A DNA stretch of 64,000 bases from a bacterium (GTDB lineage: Bacteria; SAR324; JACQKK01). The number at the start of each line of letters is the position of its first letter. The stretch's first letter is position 1. Of this stretch, positions 1 to 10,599 are shown piece by piece. Location: assembly GCA_965240465.1 (NCBI GenBank), contig OZ251219.1, forward strand, positions 480,001 through 544,000. The letters are read 5' to 3'. The translations under genes were made by a program, and so were the position numbers. The notes below the pieces were generated by a model. The model saw only the letters and a list, made by a program, of their open reading frames with translations, was not told the origin of the DNA and searched no databases.

Positions 1-2
1 TT

Positions 3-188
3 GACCATAATGGACTTGCCAATATCTTAAACAAAAGAGACCGATGGATACTATCCTACAATGATTGTAGTACGATCAGGGATTTGTATAAAGATTTCAA
101 ATTTATCCAATTAGATTGGACCTATGGAATGAATAATAGCAAAAAATCTAATGAGGTATTAATCCTCAGCAAGGACTTAGCTATATGA
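3..188 (+). CDS. C-terminal part of a Dam/D12-class DNA adenine methyltransferase (5' end outside window)
   Basis: Frame 3 reads DHNGLANILNKRDRWILSYNDCSTIRDLY...WTYGMNNSKKSNEVLIL*, matching the WxLSYND...IxxLY...EVLI tail of Dam-family MTases. Stop overlaps the next ATG (ATGA). Confidence 0.75.
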   Translation, partial: DHNGLANILNKRDRWILSYNDCSTIRDLYKDFKFIQLDWTYGMNNSKKSNEVLILSKDLAI

Positions 189-1090
189 GTCAGGTAAAAT
201 CAGGCAAGGCTTTTGAATATGGAATGATATGGCAACTGGAAAATATTATTAAATGTAACATAGAAGAAAATAAATCGTTAAATGTTGCCAGATCTTGTTA
301 TTTAGATTGCACAGAAGAAGAACAAAATAATATACTAAAAGCCTCGGACGAAATTCTAATGTTTTTACTTGCACACGATAGTAGGCTAAGTGGTGGAAGA
401 TATAAGGCTTTATTGCAATCTGATATGAAAGGTAAATATGGGGATGTTCGGGATGTCATAATATATGATACCCAGAGAGGACATGAAATAGGATTATCTT
501 TGAAAAATAGGCATACAGCGGTGAAACACTCAAGGTTATCTGAAAATATAGACTTTGGTAAAAAATGGTTGAATATTCCAAATACACAGGAATATAAAAA
601 TAAAATTTCTCCTATCTTTAGAGATCTAAGGATAAGAAAAGATAAAAAGGAATTCTGGAGAAATATAAACGACAAGGAAGAACTGTTTTATCTACCTATA
701 CTTTATGAATTTGTGGATGAAGTAAAAAGGCTTTACCAAATAAATAATAAGGCGGTATCTGAGGATTTGTTGAGATACTTACTTGGAAAATATGATTTCT
801 ACAAGATAGTAAAAGAAAATGGATGTGTGTCTATACAGTCATTTAGCATTTTTGGATCATTAAAATGGGGTAAGAAAATCCCCCTACCAGAAAAGATAAT
901 AGAAATTGCCTTAAAGGAAAAATCTCGCACTACTGTTGTTATAGTATTTGACAAAGGTTGGCAAATATCTTTTAGAATACATAATGCAAAAAGTAGGGTA
1001 GAACCTTCATTAAAATTTGATATACAGATAGTAGGATCTCCTTCTATTTCCAGACATGAAATAGAATATAAAATGGCTAAAACCGTGTAA
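185..1090 (+). CDS. HaeIII-family type II restriction endonuclease
   Basis: GKAFEY, GDVRD...IGLSLKNRHTAVKHSRLS and FRIHNA...PSLKFDIQ motifs; AT-rich; coupled to the upstream MTase. Confidence 0.8.
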   Translation: MSQVKSGKAFEYGMIWQLENIIKCNIEENKSLNVARSCYLDCTEEEQNNILKASDEILMFLLAHDSRLSGGRYKALLQSDMKGKYGDVRDVIIYDTQRGHEIGLSLKNRHTAVKHSRLSENIDFGKKWLNIPNTQEYKNKISPIFRDLRIRKDKKEFWRNINDKEELFYLPILYEFVDEVKRLYQINNKAVSEDLLRYLLGKYDFYKIVKENGCVSIQSFSIFGSLKWGKKIPLPEKIIEIALKEKSRTTVVIVFDKGWQISFRIHNAKSRVEPSLKFDIQIVGSPSISRHEIEYKMAKTV

Positions 1091-1109
1091 TTCCCTATTC
1101 ATTGCCTAT

Positions 1110-2852
1110 TCATTGCCTTACAGAAGGAGGCGAAACTCCCAAAATAGGTAGAGATTCTATGGCAATACGTTGGAAGACGGGAGCGGCCACGGTACCGCCA
1201 TATCTGCCCTTTAGGGGTTGTTCAATAATAACCACGATGGTGAGTTGTGGCTGGTTAGCTGGTAGGAATCCTGCGAAGCTGGCGAGATGTAAGGTCTTGG
1301 AGTAGCCTTGGGCTTGGATGTCATAGATTTCGGTGGTTCCTGTTTTGCCTGCTACTCGGATATATGGTATCGCCGCCCGGTTGCCGGTGCCATTGGGTTC
1401 TGTTACTGCCTCCATCCAGCTGCGTACTTGGGAGGTAGTAGCTGGGGAGAACACTTGTCGGACATTTTGTGGTCGTGAGAGGTTGAGAGGTTTTCCTTTT
1501 GGATTGAGTAGGTCTTCTATGATGTAGGGTTGAATGTAGACTCCGTCATTGGCAAAGATATTGATGGCAGCTGCCAGTTGCAGTGGCGAGACCAGCAAGC
1601 CGTGTCCAAATGAGAGAGCGGCGTGATCAACGGCGGTCCATTGTTGATGATTAGGCAGACGTCCAGTAGCTTCGCTGGCTAGTCGTTTGCCATTGCGGTC
1701 GGTGAATATGCCGAGGTTGCTACCGAATCCCAAGCGTTTCATATAGCTGTGAAAAATTGCAGGCGAGATTCGTAGTCCGATTTTAGCAGCACAGATATTG
1801 GAAGAAAATTGAATTACTTGTCGTGGACTCAGATATTCATGGGGGCGAGAATCGTGGATAACACTGTCGTGATGTTGCCAGCTGCCTTGTTCGCAAAAAA
1901 TTTCTTCCCGAGGATTGAGCTGTTGTTCTTCCATAGCAGCCGCTACGGTGAAGGTTTTCATGATAGAACCGGGCTCATAACCACTGGTAATGGCATGATT
2001 GGTAAAGCGTTGACTAGAGTAGGTTTGATAGGCATTAGGATTAAATTGCGGATATTGAGCCAGAGCCATGATGGCTCCCGTAGGACTATGCAGGACTACC
2101 GCTATTCCCAGTTGAGCTTGGCTTTCAACGACCGCTTGGGCAAGAGCCCGTTCGGTAACAAATTGAATTGCCGAATCAAGGCTTAAACGCAGATTGCCTC
2201 CCGCTTGGGGAAAGGTAGAATTTTCATCGGACCGCTGACGTCCTAGGGCATCCAGCTTGAGCACCCGAAAATGTTCCTCCCCCCGCAGATGAGAATTATA
2301 AGCGTATTCTAATCCTGCTAGTCCTTGACTATCCACACCCGCAAAACCCAGCATGGTAGAGGCTAACTCCCGAGCAGGATAAACACGCTTGTACTCTGGC
2401 ACAAAACCCACTCCCTCAACCGATAACTGACGAACCTCGGCTGCCATTGTGGGACTAAGCTGCCGCATCAACCACACAAATGGAGCCGATGATTGCAATC
2501 TCTCCCGCAACAAAGGCAATGGCTGCTTGATGACCGAAGCTAGCTCGGGCAACAATGGCTCATCATTTTTCACTAAGCTAGGATGAGCATAAACTGACTC
2601 GGTCTTTAAAGAAAAAGCCAGCAGCTCCCCATGGCGATCTAAGATGCTCCCTCGCCGTCCCTGCACCTTAAGCACTCGTTCCCCTTGCCTGCGGGCTAAC
2701 CCAGAAAATCTTTCATGACGAACTACCTGCAACTGCCAAGCTCGCAGTGCTACCACCACTCCCCCCAATGCAAACAAAAACATCACCAACCGTACCCGAG
2801 CCTTAAACGCACGCATCGCTCTCTCCCCAGTACCCGAAAAACTACCTATCAT
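1110..2852 (-). CDS. ftsI: Cell division transpeptidase PBP3 (start taken at MIGSF; ORF extends to 2915)
   Basis: N-terminal TM, RGSILDRHG, EPGSIMK (SxxK), SSN (SxN), KTGT; follows rsmH-ftsL. Confidence 0.9.
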   Translation of the reverse strand: MIGSFSGTGERAMRAFKARVRLVMFLFALGGVVVALRAWQLQVVRHERFSGLARRQGERVLKVQGRRGSILDRHGELLAFSLKTESVYAHPSLVKNDEPLLPELASVIKQPLPLLRERLQSSAPFVWLMRQLSPTMAAEVRQLSVEGVGFVPEYKRVYPARELASTMLGFAGVDSQGLAGLEYAYNSHLRGEEHFRVLKLDALGRQRSDENSTFPQAGGNLRLSLDSAIQFVTERALAQAVVESQAQLGIAVVLHSPTGAIMALAQYPQFNPNAYQTYSSQRFTNHAITSGYEPGSIMKTFTVAAAMEEQQLNPREEIFCEQGSWQHHDSVIHDSRPHEYLSPRQVIQFSSNICAAKIGLRISPAIFHSYMKRLGFGSNLGIFTDRNGKRLASEATGRLPNHQQWTAVDHAALSFGHGLLVSPLQLAAAINIFANDGVYIQPYIIEDLLNPKGKPLNLSRPQNVRQVFSPATTSQVRSWMEAVTEPNGTGNRAAIPYIRVAGKTGTTEIYDIQAQGYSKTLHLASFAGFLPANQPQLTIVVIIEQPLKGRYGGTVAAPVFQRIAIESLPILGVSPPSVRQ

Positions 2853-3210
2853 GGAAATCCCCTGTCTTCTCCTTCTCAATCCTATCCTTCTCAATCTTGT
2901 CCCCAATAAATTCATATTGAGATACCAGCGGTAGTTTTAAGCCCATTTTCTTAGCCAGATCCGCTACTCGTTGTGGACGAGATAGATAACCAACTTCGGC
3001 ATCCAAGGGGTGTAATTCCTCCTCCAGCTGGGCTTGAATAGTTCTCAGCTGCTCCAGCCGAAAAGCCAATTGCGTCCACTGCTGACGCTGCCATAAATAC
3101 AACAAAGCTCCCGCCGTCAAGCAAAAGGCAAACAACAACAACACAAAGGCATATCCCAGCCAAGGTACCGAGCGATCTACAGAAATCCTTTTAGATCCAA
3201 ACACCGCCAT
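2842..3210 (-). CDS. ftsL: Cell division protein FtsL-like
   Basis: Single TM plus coiled coil, LSRPQRV...A...MGL motif; located between rsmH and ftsI. Confidence 0.75.
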   Translation of the reverse strand: MAVFGSKRISVDRSVPWLGYAFVLLLFAFCLTAGALLYLWQRQQWTQLAFRLEQLRTIQAQLEEELHPLDAEVGYLSRPQRVADLAKKMGLKLPLVSQYEFIGDKIEKDRIEKEKTGDFHDR

Positions 3211-3248
3211 CCTAGCTGAATAATTAACGACATTACTGATTAGCTAAC

Positions 3249-4235
3249 TTAGTCTACCTCAAAAACACGCAATCTTGCACTGCGAGAACGCGGATTTTTA
3301 CCGACCTCCTCAGTAGTAGCAAAAACAGCCCGCTTAGTCAGTATCTTACCCCGTGACTGCCGATCGCAAACGCAGACCGGCAAATAAGATGGGCAAGTAC
3401 AAGGATGTGCCCATTGCTGCATCGCCTGCTTTACCTGACGATCCTCCAGCGAATGAAAGGATATCACCGCCAACCGACCCCGAACCGCCAACAACCCTAG
3501 GGCTTGTTTTAGCAAGCATTTCAACTCATCCATTTCTTGGTTGACGTAAATCCTTAAAGCTTGAAATACCCGTGTCCCCACATGACGACTAGGATGATGA
3601 GTCCGTTTAGGAACAACTTGCTCTATCAAACGTACCAATTGCCCAGTAGTGAGCAGAGGAGATTTTTGTCGCTGTTGCCAGACGGCACTAGCTAAGCGTT
3701 TAGAAAATCGTTCTTCCCCAAATTCAGAAAATACCCGCCGCAATTCATTCTCAGACGCAGTAGCTAAAAAATCAGCCGCCCGCAGGCTCTGCTCTTGGTC
3801 CATACGCATATCCAAGGGACCCTCACGCTGAAAAGAAAATCCCCTCTCCCCAGCTGCCAACTGAGCCGAAGATACCCCTAAATCCGCCACTAAATAAGCT
3901 ACCGAACCAGCTACCAAATATCGGGACAACTTAGAAAATCGCAACTTTTTTAATTGAATTCGCTCCCTGAAATCACCCAAAACCTTTGCCGATGCCTCCA
4001 GAGCCTGAGCATCACAATCACAGCCCCATAATTTAGCGTGAGGGAATTTTTGTAGCAGTGCCTTAGCATGACCCCCTCCCCCCAAGGTGGCATCTACCAT
4101 AAATCTTGGGTTATCAGGGGCGTAGGCACAAACCTGCTCTAGCAATACTGGCTGATGCTGATAATCCCCACCATCCTTATAATCACTCTTGCTCTTCATA
4201 GCTGATATACACATGGTAAGAGAGTATTTTTCCAT
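3249..4235 (-). CDS. rsmH: 16S rRNA m4C1402 methyltransferase
   Basis: HQPVLL, DATLGGGGH, DLGVSS, GPLDMRMD, FQALRIYVNQE, NPRSRSARLR. Confidence 0.97.
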   Translation of the reverse strand: MEKYSLTMCISAMKSKSDYKDGGDYQHQPVLLEQVCAYAPDNPRFMVDATLGGGGHAKALLQKFPHAKLWGCDCDAQALEASAKVLGDFRERIQLKKLRFSKLSRYLVAGSVAYLVADLGVSSAQLAAGERGFSFQREGPLDMRMDQEQSLRAADFLATASENELRRVFSEFGEERFSKRLASAVWQQRQKSPLLTTGQLVRLIEQVVPKRTHHPSRHVGTRVFQALRIYVNQEMDELKCLLKQALGLLAVRGRLAVISFHSLEDRQVKQAMQQWAHPCTCPSYLPVCVCDRQSRGKILTKRAVFATTEEVGKNPRSRSARLRVFEVD

Positions 4236-4287
4236 TGTTTTTTTGTGAACTAAACAATTTTTTTATTCTGCTAATTATAAGCATGCC

Positions 4288-5811
4288 ATGTCTTCTGCCA
4301 GAGTAACACCTAGGGTAGCAGTAGCATCCTTAGGATGCCGTTTGAATCATGCCGAAGCTGATCTAATGCGTCAGCAGTTACATCAGGCTGGCTTAAAAGT
4401 GGTTGATTGGGACACCAAAGCTGATATCAGAGTACTGAATTCGTGCTGTATTACGGCTCAGGCAGAGGCTAAAACTCGTAAAAAGCTACGCCAAGCTCGT
4501 CATCAGCCAGCTGGGGGGGCCTCGCAGACCCAGCCAGACAAAAGGGCTATGGTGGTGGTCACTGGTTGTCATGCTCAGCTTAAGGGGGTTTCTTTGTGGC
4601 AGGATGGTTTGGCAGATTTAGTGGTAGGGAATGGGGATAAATCTCTCTTAGCCCAAAAATTAACCGAGTGGCTGGCAGCTGGAAAACCAAATTCTCAGCC
4701 CCAAAAAGCACCACCCATCAAGAGGCAGGCTTTCTCGGTGGGAGGTTTTGATCCCAGTACCCTTAATATCAGCGATGAACTCACTCGGGCACATCTTAAG
4801 ATTCAGGATGGTTGCCATTTTGGTTGTTCTTTCTGCATTATCCCCCAAACCCGCGGCGGAGGCAGACCACGCCAATGGCCCGACATCCTCCAAGAAGCCG
4901 AGTTAAGAGCTACTAGCGGTACTCAAGAATTGGTGCTGAGTGGGGTTAATTTGGGTTCTTATCAGTGCGGCCCCAAGGGCTTGGTACAGCTGGTAGATGC
5001 CCTAGATAAATTGTCTGGCATTACGCGAATCCGTATCAGCTCCATTGAGCCGACTACCGTTAACTGGGGCTTGCTGGAACGCATGGCTGACCCTCAGCAT
5101 AAACTAACTCCCTTTTTGCACTTGCCCTTGCAATCGGGCAGTGGACGTATTCTAAAGCTAATGCGTAGACGCTACACTCCCCTAGCTTATTATCGTTTTG
5201 CCGACCGAGCTTGCCAATATGTTCCCGACTTGTGCTTAGGCACCGATGTGATGGTCGGCTTTCCCTCTGAAAGCTCCTTAGACTTTCAAGAGACGATTTC
5301 CTTTATACATTCCCTGCCCTTTGCCTATTTGCATATTTTCCCATTTTCGCCTCGTCCTCGCACCTTAGCAGCTCGTATGTCGCCAGTACCAGCTGCTGAA
5401 AAGCGTCATCGGGTTTCCCTGATGCATCAGCTAGGACTAGCCTGTCAGCAGAAATTTTTGCAGCAACACCAAGGACGAACCATGAAAGTACTCTTTGAAC
5501 GCCCCTCCAAACCACAACAAATCCAAGGCTATACTGCCAATTATGTACGAGTAGCTATCTCGCACCCAGAACCTCAGCAACTGCATAACTGCACCAGACC
5601 AGTTAAGCTACTTACTCTCACCCGACATCACCTCATCGGACAACTCATAAAACAGCAAAATTCAACGGAGGGCTCCCCCTCCCTCCCGCCAGCACATTCC
5701 GAACTTATCCACCCCCACCCTTTAAGACCAACCCCGCCCTTTAAGGTACCCACCCCTCGCCTAAGGTACAAGGCACTAAAAAACCCTGCCCTTCATCCTA
5801 CCGTCCCCTAG
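4288..5811 (+). CDS. mtaB: tRNA t6A37 methylthiotransferase MtaB (radical SAM)
   Basis: LGCRLN, KIQDGCHFGCSFC (CxxxCxxC), RIRISSIEP, HLPLQSGS. Confidence 0.9.
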   Translation: MSSARVTPRVAVASLGCRLNHAEADLMRQQLHQAGLKVVDWDTKADIRVLNSCCITAQAEAKTRKKLRQARHQPAGGASQTQPDKRAMVVVTGCHAQLKGVSLWQDGLADLVVGNGDKSLLAQKLTEWLAAGKPNSQPQKAPPIKRQAFSVGGFDPSTLNISDELTRAHLKIQDGCHFGCSFCIIPQTRGGGRPRQWPDILQEAELRATSGTQELVLSGVNLGSYQCGPKGLVQLVDALDKLSGITRIRISSIEPTTVNWGLLERMADPQHKLTPFLHLPLQSGSGRILKLMRRRYTPLAYYRFADRACQYVPDLCLGTDVMVGFPSESSLDFQETISFIHSLPFAYLHIFPFSPRPRTLAARMSPVPAAEKRHRVSLMHQLGLACQQKFLQQHQGRTMKVLFERPSKPQQIQGYTANYVRVAISHPEPQQLHNCTRPVKLLTLTRHHLIGQLIKQQNSTEGSPSLPPAHSELIHPHPLRPTPPFKVPTPRLRYKALKNPALHPTVP

Positions 5812-7013
5812 CTAGCTTTCAGGGTTGCCTTCTTAAGTTGAGCAAATCCTTTTTCCAGATCGGCAATTAAATCATCTGGATCTTCCAGACCTACATGATA
5901 GCGTACCAGTAGAGAGCCTTTTTTGCTTTTGACAGCTACGTAATCTTCTCGACAGTAGGCAGGATAAGACAAGCTTTCAAAGCCTCCCCAGCTCATTCCA
6001 ATCTTAAATAGTTCATAGCCTTGCAGCATTTTGTCCACTGCCTTGGAGTCCTCGGTATCCAGCCAGACCCCAAACAAGCTACTTGCTCCCAGAAAATCAC
6101 GTTTCCAAATCTCATATCCTGGATCATCTGGCAGGGCAGGATAAAGCACTTGTTGAACTTCTGAACGCTGTTGCATCCATTTGGCTACCTTCAGGGCAGA
6201 TTTTTCTTGATGACGCAAACGTAATTCCAGGGTACGAATTCCTCGCAGGGTTAAGTAGCAGTCATCGGCTCCAGGGACATCGCCAAACTCCGTGGTACAT
6301 TTTTTCAGCTGACGAAACAGCTCGGCTGAATTCACTGTCACGCTTCCCATGACCAAATCTGAATGCCCAGCTATATATTTCGTCAATGCCATAATGGAAA
6401 CATCTACTCCATGCTCAAAGGGCGGAAAAAACAAGGGCGTAGCCCAGGTGTTGTCCAACATGGCTATGGCTCCATGTTCATGAGCTACTTTGGAAATCGC
6501 TGGTACGTCTTGAATCTCAAAGGTCAGTGAAGAAGGCGACTCCATGAACACAATCCGCGTATTAGGACGCATAAATTTGGCAATCCCGCTCCCAATCAAG
6601 GGGTCATAAGTACTCACCTCCACTCCAAATCGCTTCAAGACCGAAAAGCAAAAATTATGACTAGGACCATATATCCCCTCAGTCAGTAGCACATGATCAC
6701 CTGCTTTTAACCAGGTCATTAGTGCCAAGGTAACCGCTGCCAAACCAGTAGAAAAAAGCACCGTCCCATAGCCACCCTCTAAGGCTGCAATAGCATCACT
6801 AAGAGGCACCGTGGAGCCACCTCCATAAGCACCATAATAAATCTGATTCTGCTCATATTGAAGCTCCTGCATGCGTAAAAGCGTCGGTACATCAGGCACG
6901 ATAATGGTGGAAGCCCTATATACCGGGGCATTAACCGCCCCCAGCTGCTTCTCAGGATGACTACCTAGGTGACACAATAATGTTGAAAGATTACGCCCCT
7001 GTTTCTTAGACAT
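5808..7013 (-). CDS. metC: Cystathionine beta-lyase (PLP-dependent)
   Basis: VNAPVYRAST, DNTWATP, ALTKYIAGHSD, IGMSWGGFES, HVGLEDPDDLIADL. Confidence 0.9.
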   Translation of the reverse strand: MSKKQGRNLSTLLCHLGSHPEKQLGAVNAPVYRASTIIVPDVPTLLRMQELQYEQNQIYYGAYGGGSTVPLSDAIAALEGGYGTVLFSTGLAAVTLALMTWLKAGDHVLLTEGIYGPSHNFCFSVLKRFGVEVSTYDPLIGSGIAKFMRPNTRIVFMESPSSLTFEIQDVPAISKVAHEHGAIAMLDNTWATPLFFPPFEHGVDVSIMALTKYIAGHSDLVMGSVTVNSAELFRQLKKCTTEFGDVPGADDCYLTLRGIRTLELRLRHQEKSALKVAKWMQQRSEVQQVLYPALPDDPGYEIWKRDFLGASSLFGVWLDTEDSKAVDKMLQGYELFKIGMSWGGFESLSYPAYCREDYVAVKSKKGSLLVRYHVGLEDPDDLIADLEKGFAQLKKATLKAS

Positions 7014-7437
7014 CTATACTACTCCTTTATTGACAATAACGTTAATCACTAACTCTTCACCGATAATGCACCCCCTCCCACCTACCACGCCCTTCCCCCC
7101 TTATTAAACTCCGTCTCCCTCAGCCCTAACACCCCTTAGCCCCAACACCCCCTAGATCTCTTAGCATCCTTTTAGACTCCGTTTTTAGTCTAATGTTGTT
7201 TATATCACATCCACTGAGAATATGTAATAGCTATCCATGTTAATCCTGCAATGTTAATCCTGCAATGTTAACCCGCAATGCTGATCGTGGATGCTAATAC
7301 ATACCAAAAACTAGTTGGCTAGATAAAATCATTGCTGAGTTGATTATTTCGGGTTTTCAGAGTATCTGAGTACCTAGGCCTTTTTTCCTTCAATTCCCTT
7401 GCCCCTTAGCCCCTCAGCCCTTCAACCACGACATCAT

Positions 7438-8073
7438 ATGAGCATCCAAATAGGAGATATTGCCCCAAATTTTACTCAAGCTTCCAATCAGGGATCCCTC
7501 AATTTTCATCAAGCAATTGAGGGTCAGTGGGCGATTTTATTATCTCACCCCAGGGCTTTTACGCCCGTTTGCACCACCGAATTAGGTAGGCTCGCCCAGC
7601 TAAAGCCCGAATTTGACCGCCGCGGCGTCAAGATTTTTGCCCTCAGCACCGATACCGTCGCGGATCATAAAAAATGGGAGCTGGACATCCTAGAAACCCA
7701 AGGTACCGAACCCAATTATCCCTTCATTGCCGATACAGACCGAAAAGTCTCCCTTCTTTACGGCATGATACACCCCAACGCCAGCGACACCTACACGGTG
7801 CGTTCAGTGTATATCATTGACGAACAGAAAAAAGTGCGTCTCATCCTGACTTATCCTGCCAGCACTGGGCGTAATTTTGACGAAATCCTGCGGGTAATTG
7901 ATTCCATACAGCTATCCGATAATCACCAAGTGTCCACTCCCGTAGATTGGAAAGACGGCGAGGATGTCATCATAGCACCTAGCCTACAGGATAGACGTAT
8001 TATGAAAAAACTATTTCCCAAGGGTTGGTCTACCCAAAAACCCTATCTAAGAACGACCCCATCACCCAAGTAG
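7438..8073 (+). CDS. 1-Cys peroxiredoxin (Prx6 class)
   Basis: FTPVCTTE active-site motif; YPASTGRNFDE. Start taken at ATG 7438. Confidence 0.93.
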   Translation: MSIQIGDIAPNFTQASNQGSLNFHQAIEGQWAILLSHPRAFTPVCTTELGRLAQLKPEFDRRGVKIFALSTDTVADHKKWELDILETQGTEPNYPFIADTDRKVSLLYGMIHPNASDTYTVRSVYIIDEQKKVRLILTYPASTGRNFDEILRVIDSIQLSDNHQVSTPVDWKDGEDVIIAPSLQDRRIMKKLFPKGWSTQKPYLRTTPSPK

Positions 8074-8080
8074 TGTTGGA

Positions 8081-8638
8081 GTGAAAAATCTTGGAACACT
8101 AAGAACAGCTAAAGACATCAACCCCATGGATTGGTCTTACCAAGAACACCGCCAAGCAGCCCCCCAGAGCATCTGTTGTGCTGTGTTGACCATCAGCGAT
8201 ACTCGTCGCAAACCCGCCGATGACCAAAGTGGTCAATTGCTAAAAACCCTGCTAAAACAGAACGCTCATCACACCCAAAGCTACGCCATTGTAGCCGATG
8301 ATGCCCAAGACATCCGCCACCAGCTGAAAGACATGCTCAGAGAACCCAAGGTACAAGCAGTGCTTATCAATGGTGGTACTGGAATTGCCGAACGTGATGT
8401 TACCATTCAAGTTGTTTCCAGTCTGATCACCAAATCGTTGCCTGGCTTTGGTGAAATTTTTCGTATGCTGAGCTATCAACAAGTGGGAGCAGCTGCCATG
8501 CTAAGCCGAGCCATAGCAGGAGCAGTTGATGAGAAACTGCTTTTTGCCCTGCCCGGCTCATCAGCCGCGGTGCGTCTGGCTATGGAAAAACTAATCCTAC
8601 CCGAACTCGCTCACGCAGTGTACGAACTAGGCAAATAA
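8081..8638 (+). CDS. moaB: Molybdenum cofactor biosynthesis protein MoaB/MogA family
   Basis: LTISDTR, GGTGIAERDVT, PGFGEIFR, LPGS. Confidence 0.85.
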   Translation: MKNLGTLRTAKDINPMDWSYQEHRQAAPQSICCAVLTISDTRRKPADDQSGQLLKTLLKQNAHHTQSYAIVADDAQDIRHQLKDMLREPKVQAVLINGGTGIAERDVTIQVVSSLITKSLPGFGEIFRMLSYQQVGAAAMLSRAIAGAVDEKLLFALPGSSAAVRLAMEKLILPELAHAVYELGK

Positions 8639-8661
8639 TCCCCCCCAACCCTGATAAATCC

Positions 8662-9543
8662 ATGAGCACCAAAACCCCCTCCCGCTCCCGAATAAACACC
8701 TCTCGGGAAACTCAGACAACTCGGACAACTCCGCCTACTCCGCCTATAAAAAATCCTTCCAAAAAAAGCGGGGAAGGATTGATGCTAAAAGACGAAGCCG
8801 ATACCATAATTGACAACCTCAAACGCCAGCTGGACGCCCTACAGCATCAGCTAACCACCCGATCACAAACAGACAGCACGACTACCAGCACTCAACAACA
8901 ACAATGGCGTCAGGAATTAACCCCTCAGGTAGCTGGCAGACTAGGTGAAAATGCTGCCGTTTTGGCTTCCCGACTAGCTTCAGTCGCTAAAAATCTGAAC
9001 CCCGCCCTCCGTGAAGAAATAGTCAGCTGCCAAACTCAAGCCGTCCAATTGCAGCAATCCCTCAGTGGTATAGCCTCCCGACACCAAGTACTCACTGATA
9101 ACCTCAGCAGCAAAGAAAGCCTAGTTTCCGTCTCTGCCATCACCGAAAAATTGTCCGTAGTCGTTAAAGCTAGTTGTTCTCGTAGCATCCCCGTGCGTAC
9201 CGCTAATCTCCCCGATGTCCTCCGCATTTCACCCGCCTGCCTGCTTACCATCACCTCAGCCCTGTCCGTCTTTGCATCCCAAATCTTTACCGAACTCACT
9301 GAAATCCTCCTTCAACCAGCCGCCTCCAATAAACCACCCGCCCTGGAAATTATCCTCCAAGGACTAAAAACTACCCCCCAAAAAAATACCTCCGATGTCG
9401 TCTCTGCTGCCCTTGACCAATCACCACCATCCACCAACCTGCTGGATATACTCTATGTGGACAAAATCCTCGCCATGCGCGGCGGTAGCATGGGCTTTGC
9501 TTCCCCTGCCAATAAAATCTGGGCGAAATTGCCGCTGGCTTAA
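8662..9543 (+). CDS. Hypothetical protein: coiled coil plus degenerate HATPase-like C-terminus
   Basis: Long ORF co-oriented with prx/moaB; the C-terminal YVDKILAMRGGSMGF...AKLPL resembles a histidine-kinase ATPase tail. Confidence 0.55.
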   Translation: MSTKTPSRSRINTSRETQTTRTTPPTPPIKNPSKKSGEGLMLKDEADTIIDNLKRQLDALQHQLTTRSQTDSTTTSTQQQQWRQELTPQVAGRLGENAAVLASRLASVAKNLNPALREEIVSCQTQAVQLQQSLSGIASRHQVLTDNLSSKESLVSVSAITEKLSVVVKASCSRSIPVRTANLPDVLRISPACLLTITSALSVFASQIFTELTEILLQPAASNKPPALEIILQGLKTTPQKNTSDVVSAALDQSPPSTNLLDILYVDKILAMRGGSMGFASPANKIWAKLPLA

Positions 9544-9563
9544 TATAGGCATCATACACCCTG

Positions 9564-10487
9564 TTAATTTACTGCCAGCCTATCATAAGTAGGAGTCATT
9601 AAATTATTTATAAGGTTATGTTTCCTTTGTTTTGGTGAATTTTCAATCCTGTTCTTTGATAACTCTAAGTATTCTAATTCTGTATCATAACCTATACACT
9701 TTCGGTTATTTTGCACCGATACCAAAGCAGTCTGCCCACTACCTAAAAATGGATCCAGTATGGTATCTCCTTCTTGTGAGTATAACAATAATACCCGACG
9801 TACCAGTTCTTCTGGATATGGGCAAGGATGATTAATTGTTCGCGGCGGTACAGGAGCGATATGCCATATATTATTGGCAATATCTTTGGTGAATAATTCA
9901 TCAACTGCTATGGCTTCTTTTTTGCCTCTACGCATGGCTCCTTCTTTTCTAAATAGTAAAATGTACTCGGTCATTATGTTGGGATAGTAATACCCCATCC
10001 GTGGATTTTGTATGTAGCTGCCCGCTCTACGCACCCCGCCTGTCACCTTATTCCAGATGATATCTTGATGAAATTTCCAACCCGTCTTTACCATACGTTC
10101 TGTGATTGCCATAGGCGTTGCATAGTGTTTGCCTTTATAAAGTATGGTACCGACTACAATGGCACAAAATCCGCCTTCCATTGTCGTCCGTAGTACTTCT
10201 TGGAATGCTTTTTCAATCTTATCAAGATATTCCTCATAGCTATTTCCAAAGGAAGAGTATTTTCTTTCTCTATGCCATGCTTTGGTATCCTTGGCATGAA
10301 TGTCATAATCAATGGAATTCCAGTATGGCGGTGAGGTAATAGTTAGGGCTATTGACTGATCATGGCATTGATTCATTTCCAAACAAGACTGATTAAAAAA
10401 GGAATAGTTATCTCCTTTTACGCTGTTATTGTTTGCACTGTGGTTTGCACTGTTGTTTATACTGTTGTTTATACTGTTGTTGCTCAT
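9564..10487 (-). CDS. Orphan site-specific DNA methyltransferase (beta class, N4-C/N6-A)
   Basis: ITSPPYW precedes HPCPYP and LDPFLGSGQT; AT-rich; no adjacent nuclease. Confidence 0.9.
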   Translation of the reverse strand: MSNNSINNSINNSANHSANNNSVKGDNYSFFNQSCLEMNQCHDQSIALTITSPPYWNSIDYDIHAKDTKAWHRERKYSSFGNSYEEYLDKIEKAFQEVLRTTMEGGFCAIVVGTILYKGKHYATPMAITERMVKTGWKFHQDIIWNKVTGGVRRAGSYIQNPRMGYYYPNIMTEYILLFRKEGAMRRGKKEAIAVDELFTKDIANNIWHIAPVPPRTINHPCPYPEELVRRVLLLYSQEGDTILDPFLGSGQTALVSVQNNRKCIGYDTELEYLELSKNRIENSPKQRKHNLINNLMTPTYDRLAVN

Positions 10488-10599
10488 ATTTTGCCTGCTT
10501 ACAGGTTAATGGCTTGCAGATAGCTTTTAAGCAAGCTGATTGGGTGGTGAGTTTGATGGCGGTTGGGTATTTTTGCAGTAGATTATAACCGAGCTCAGA

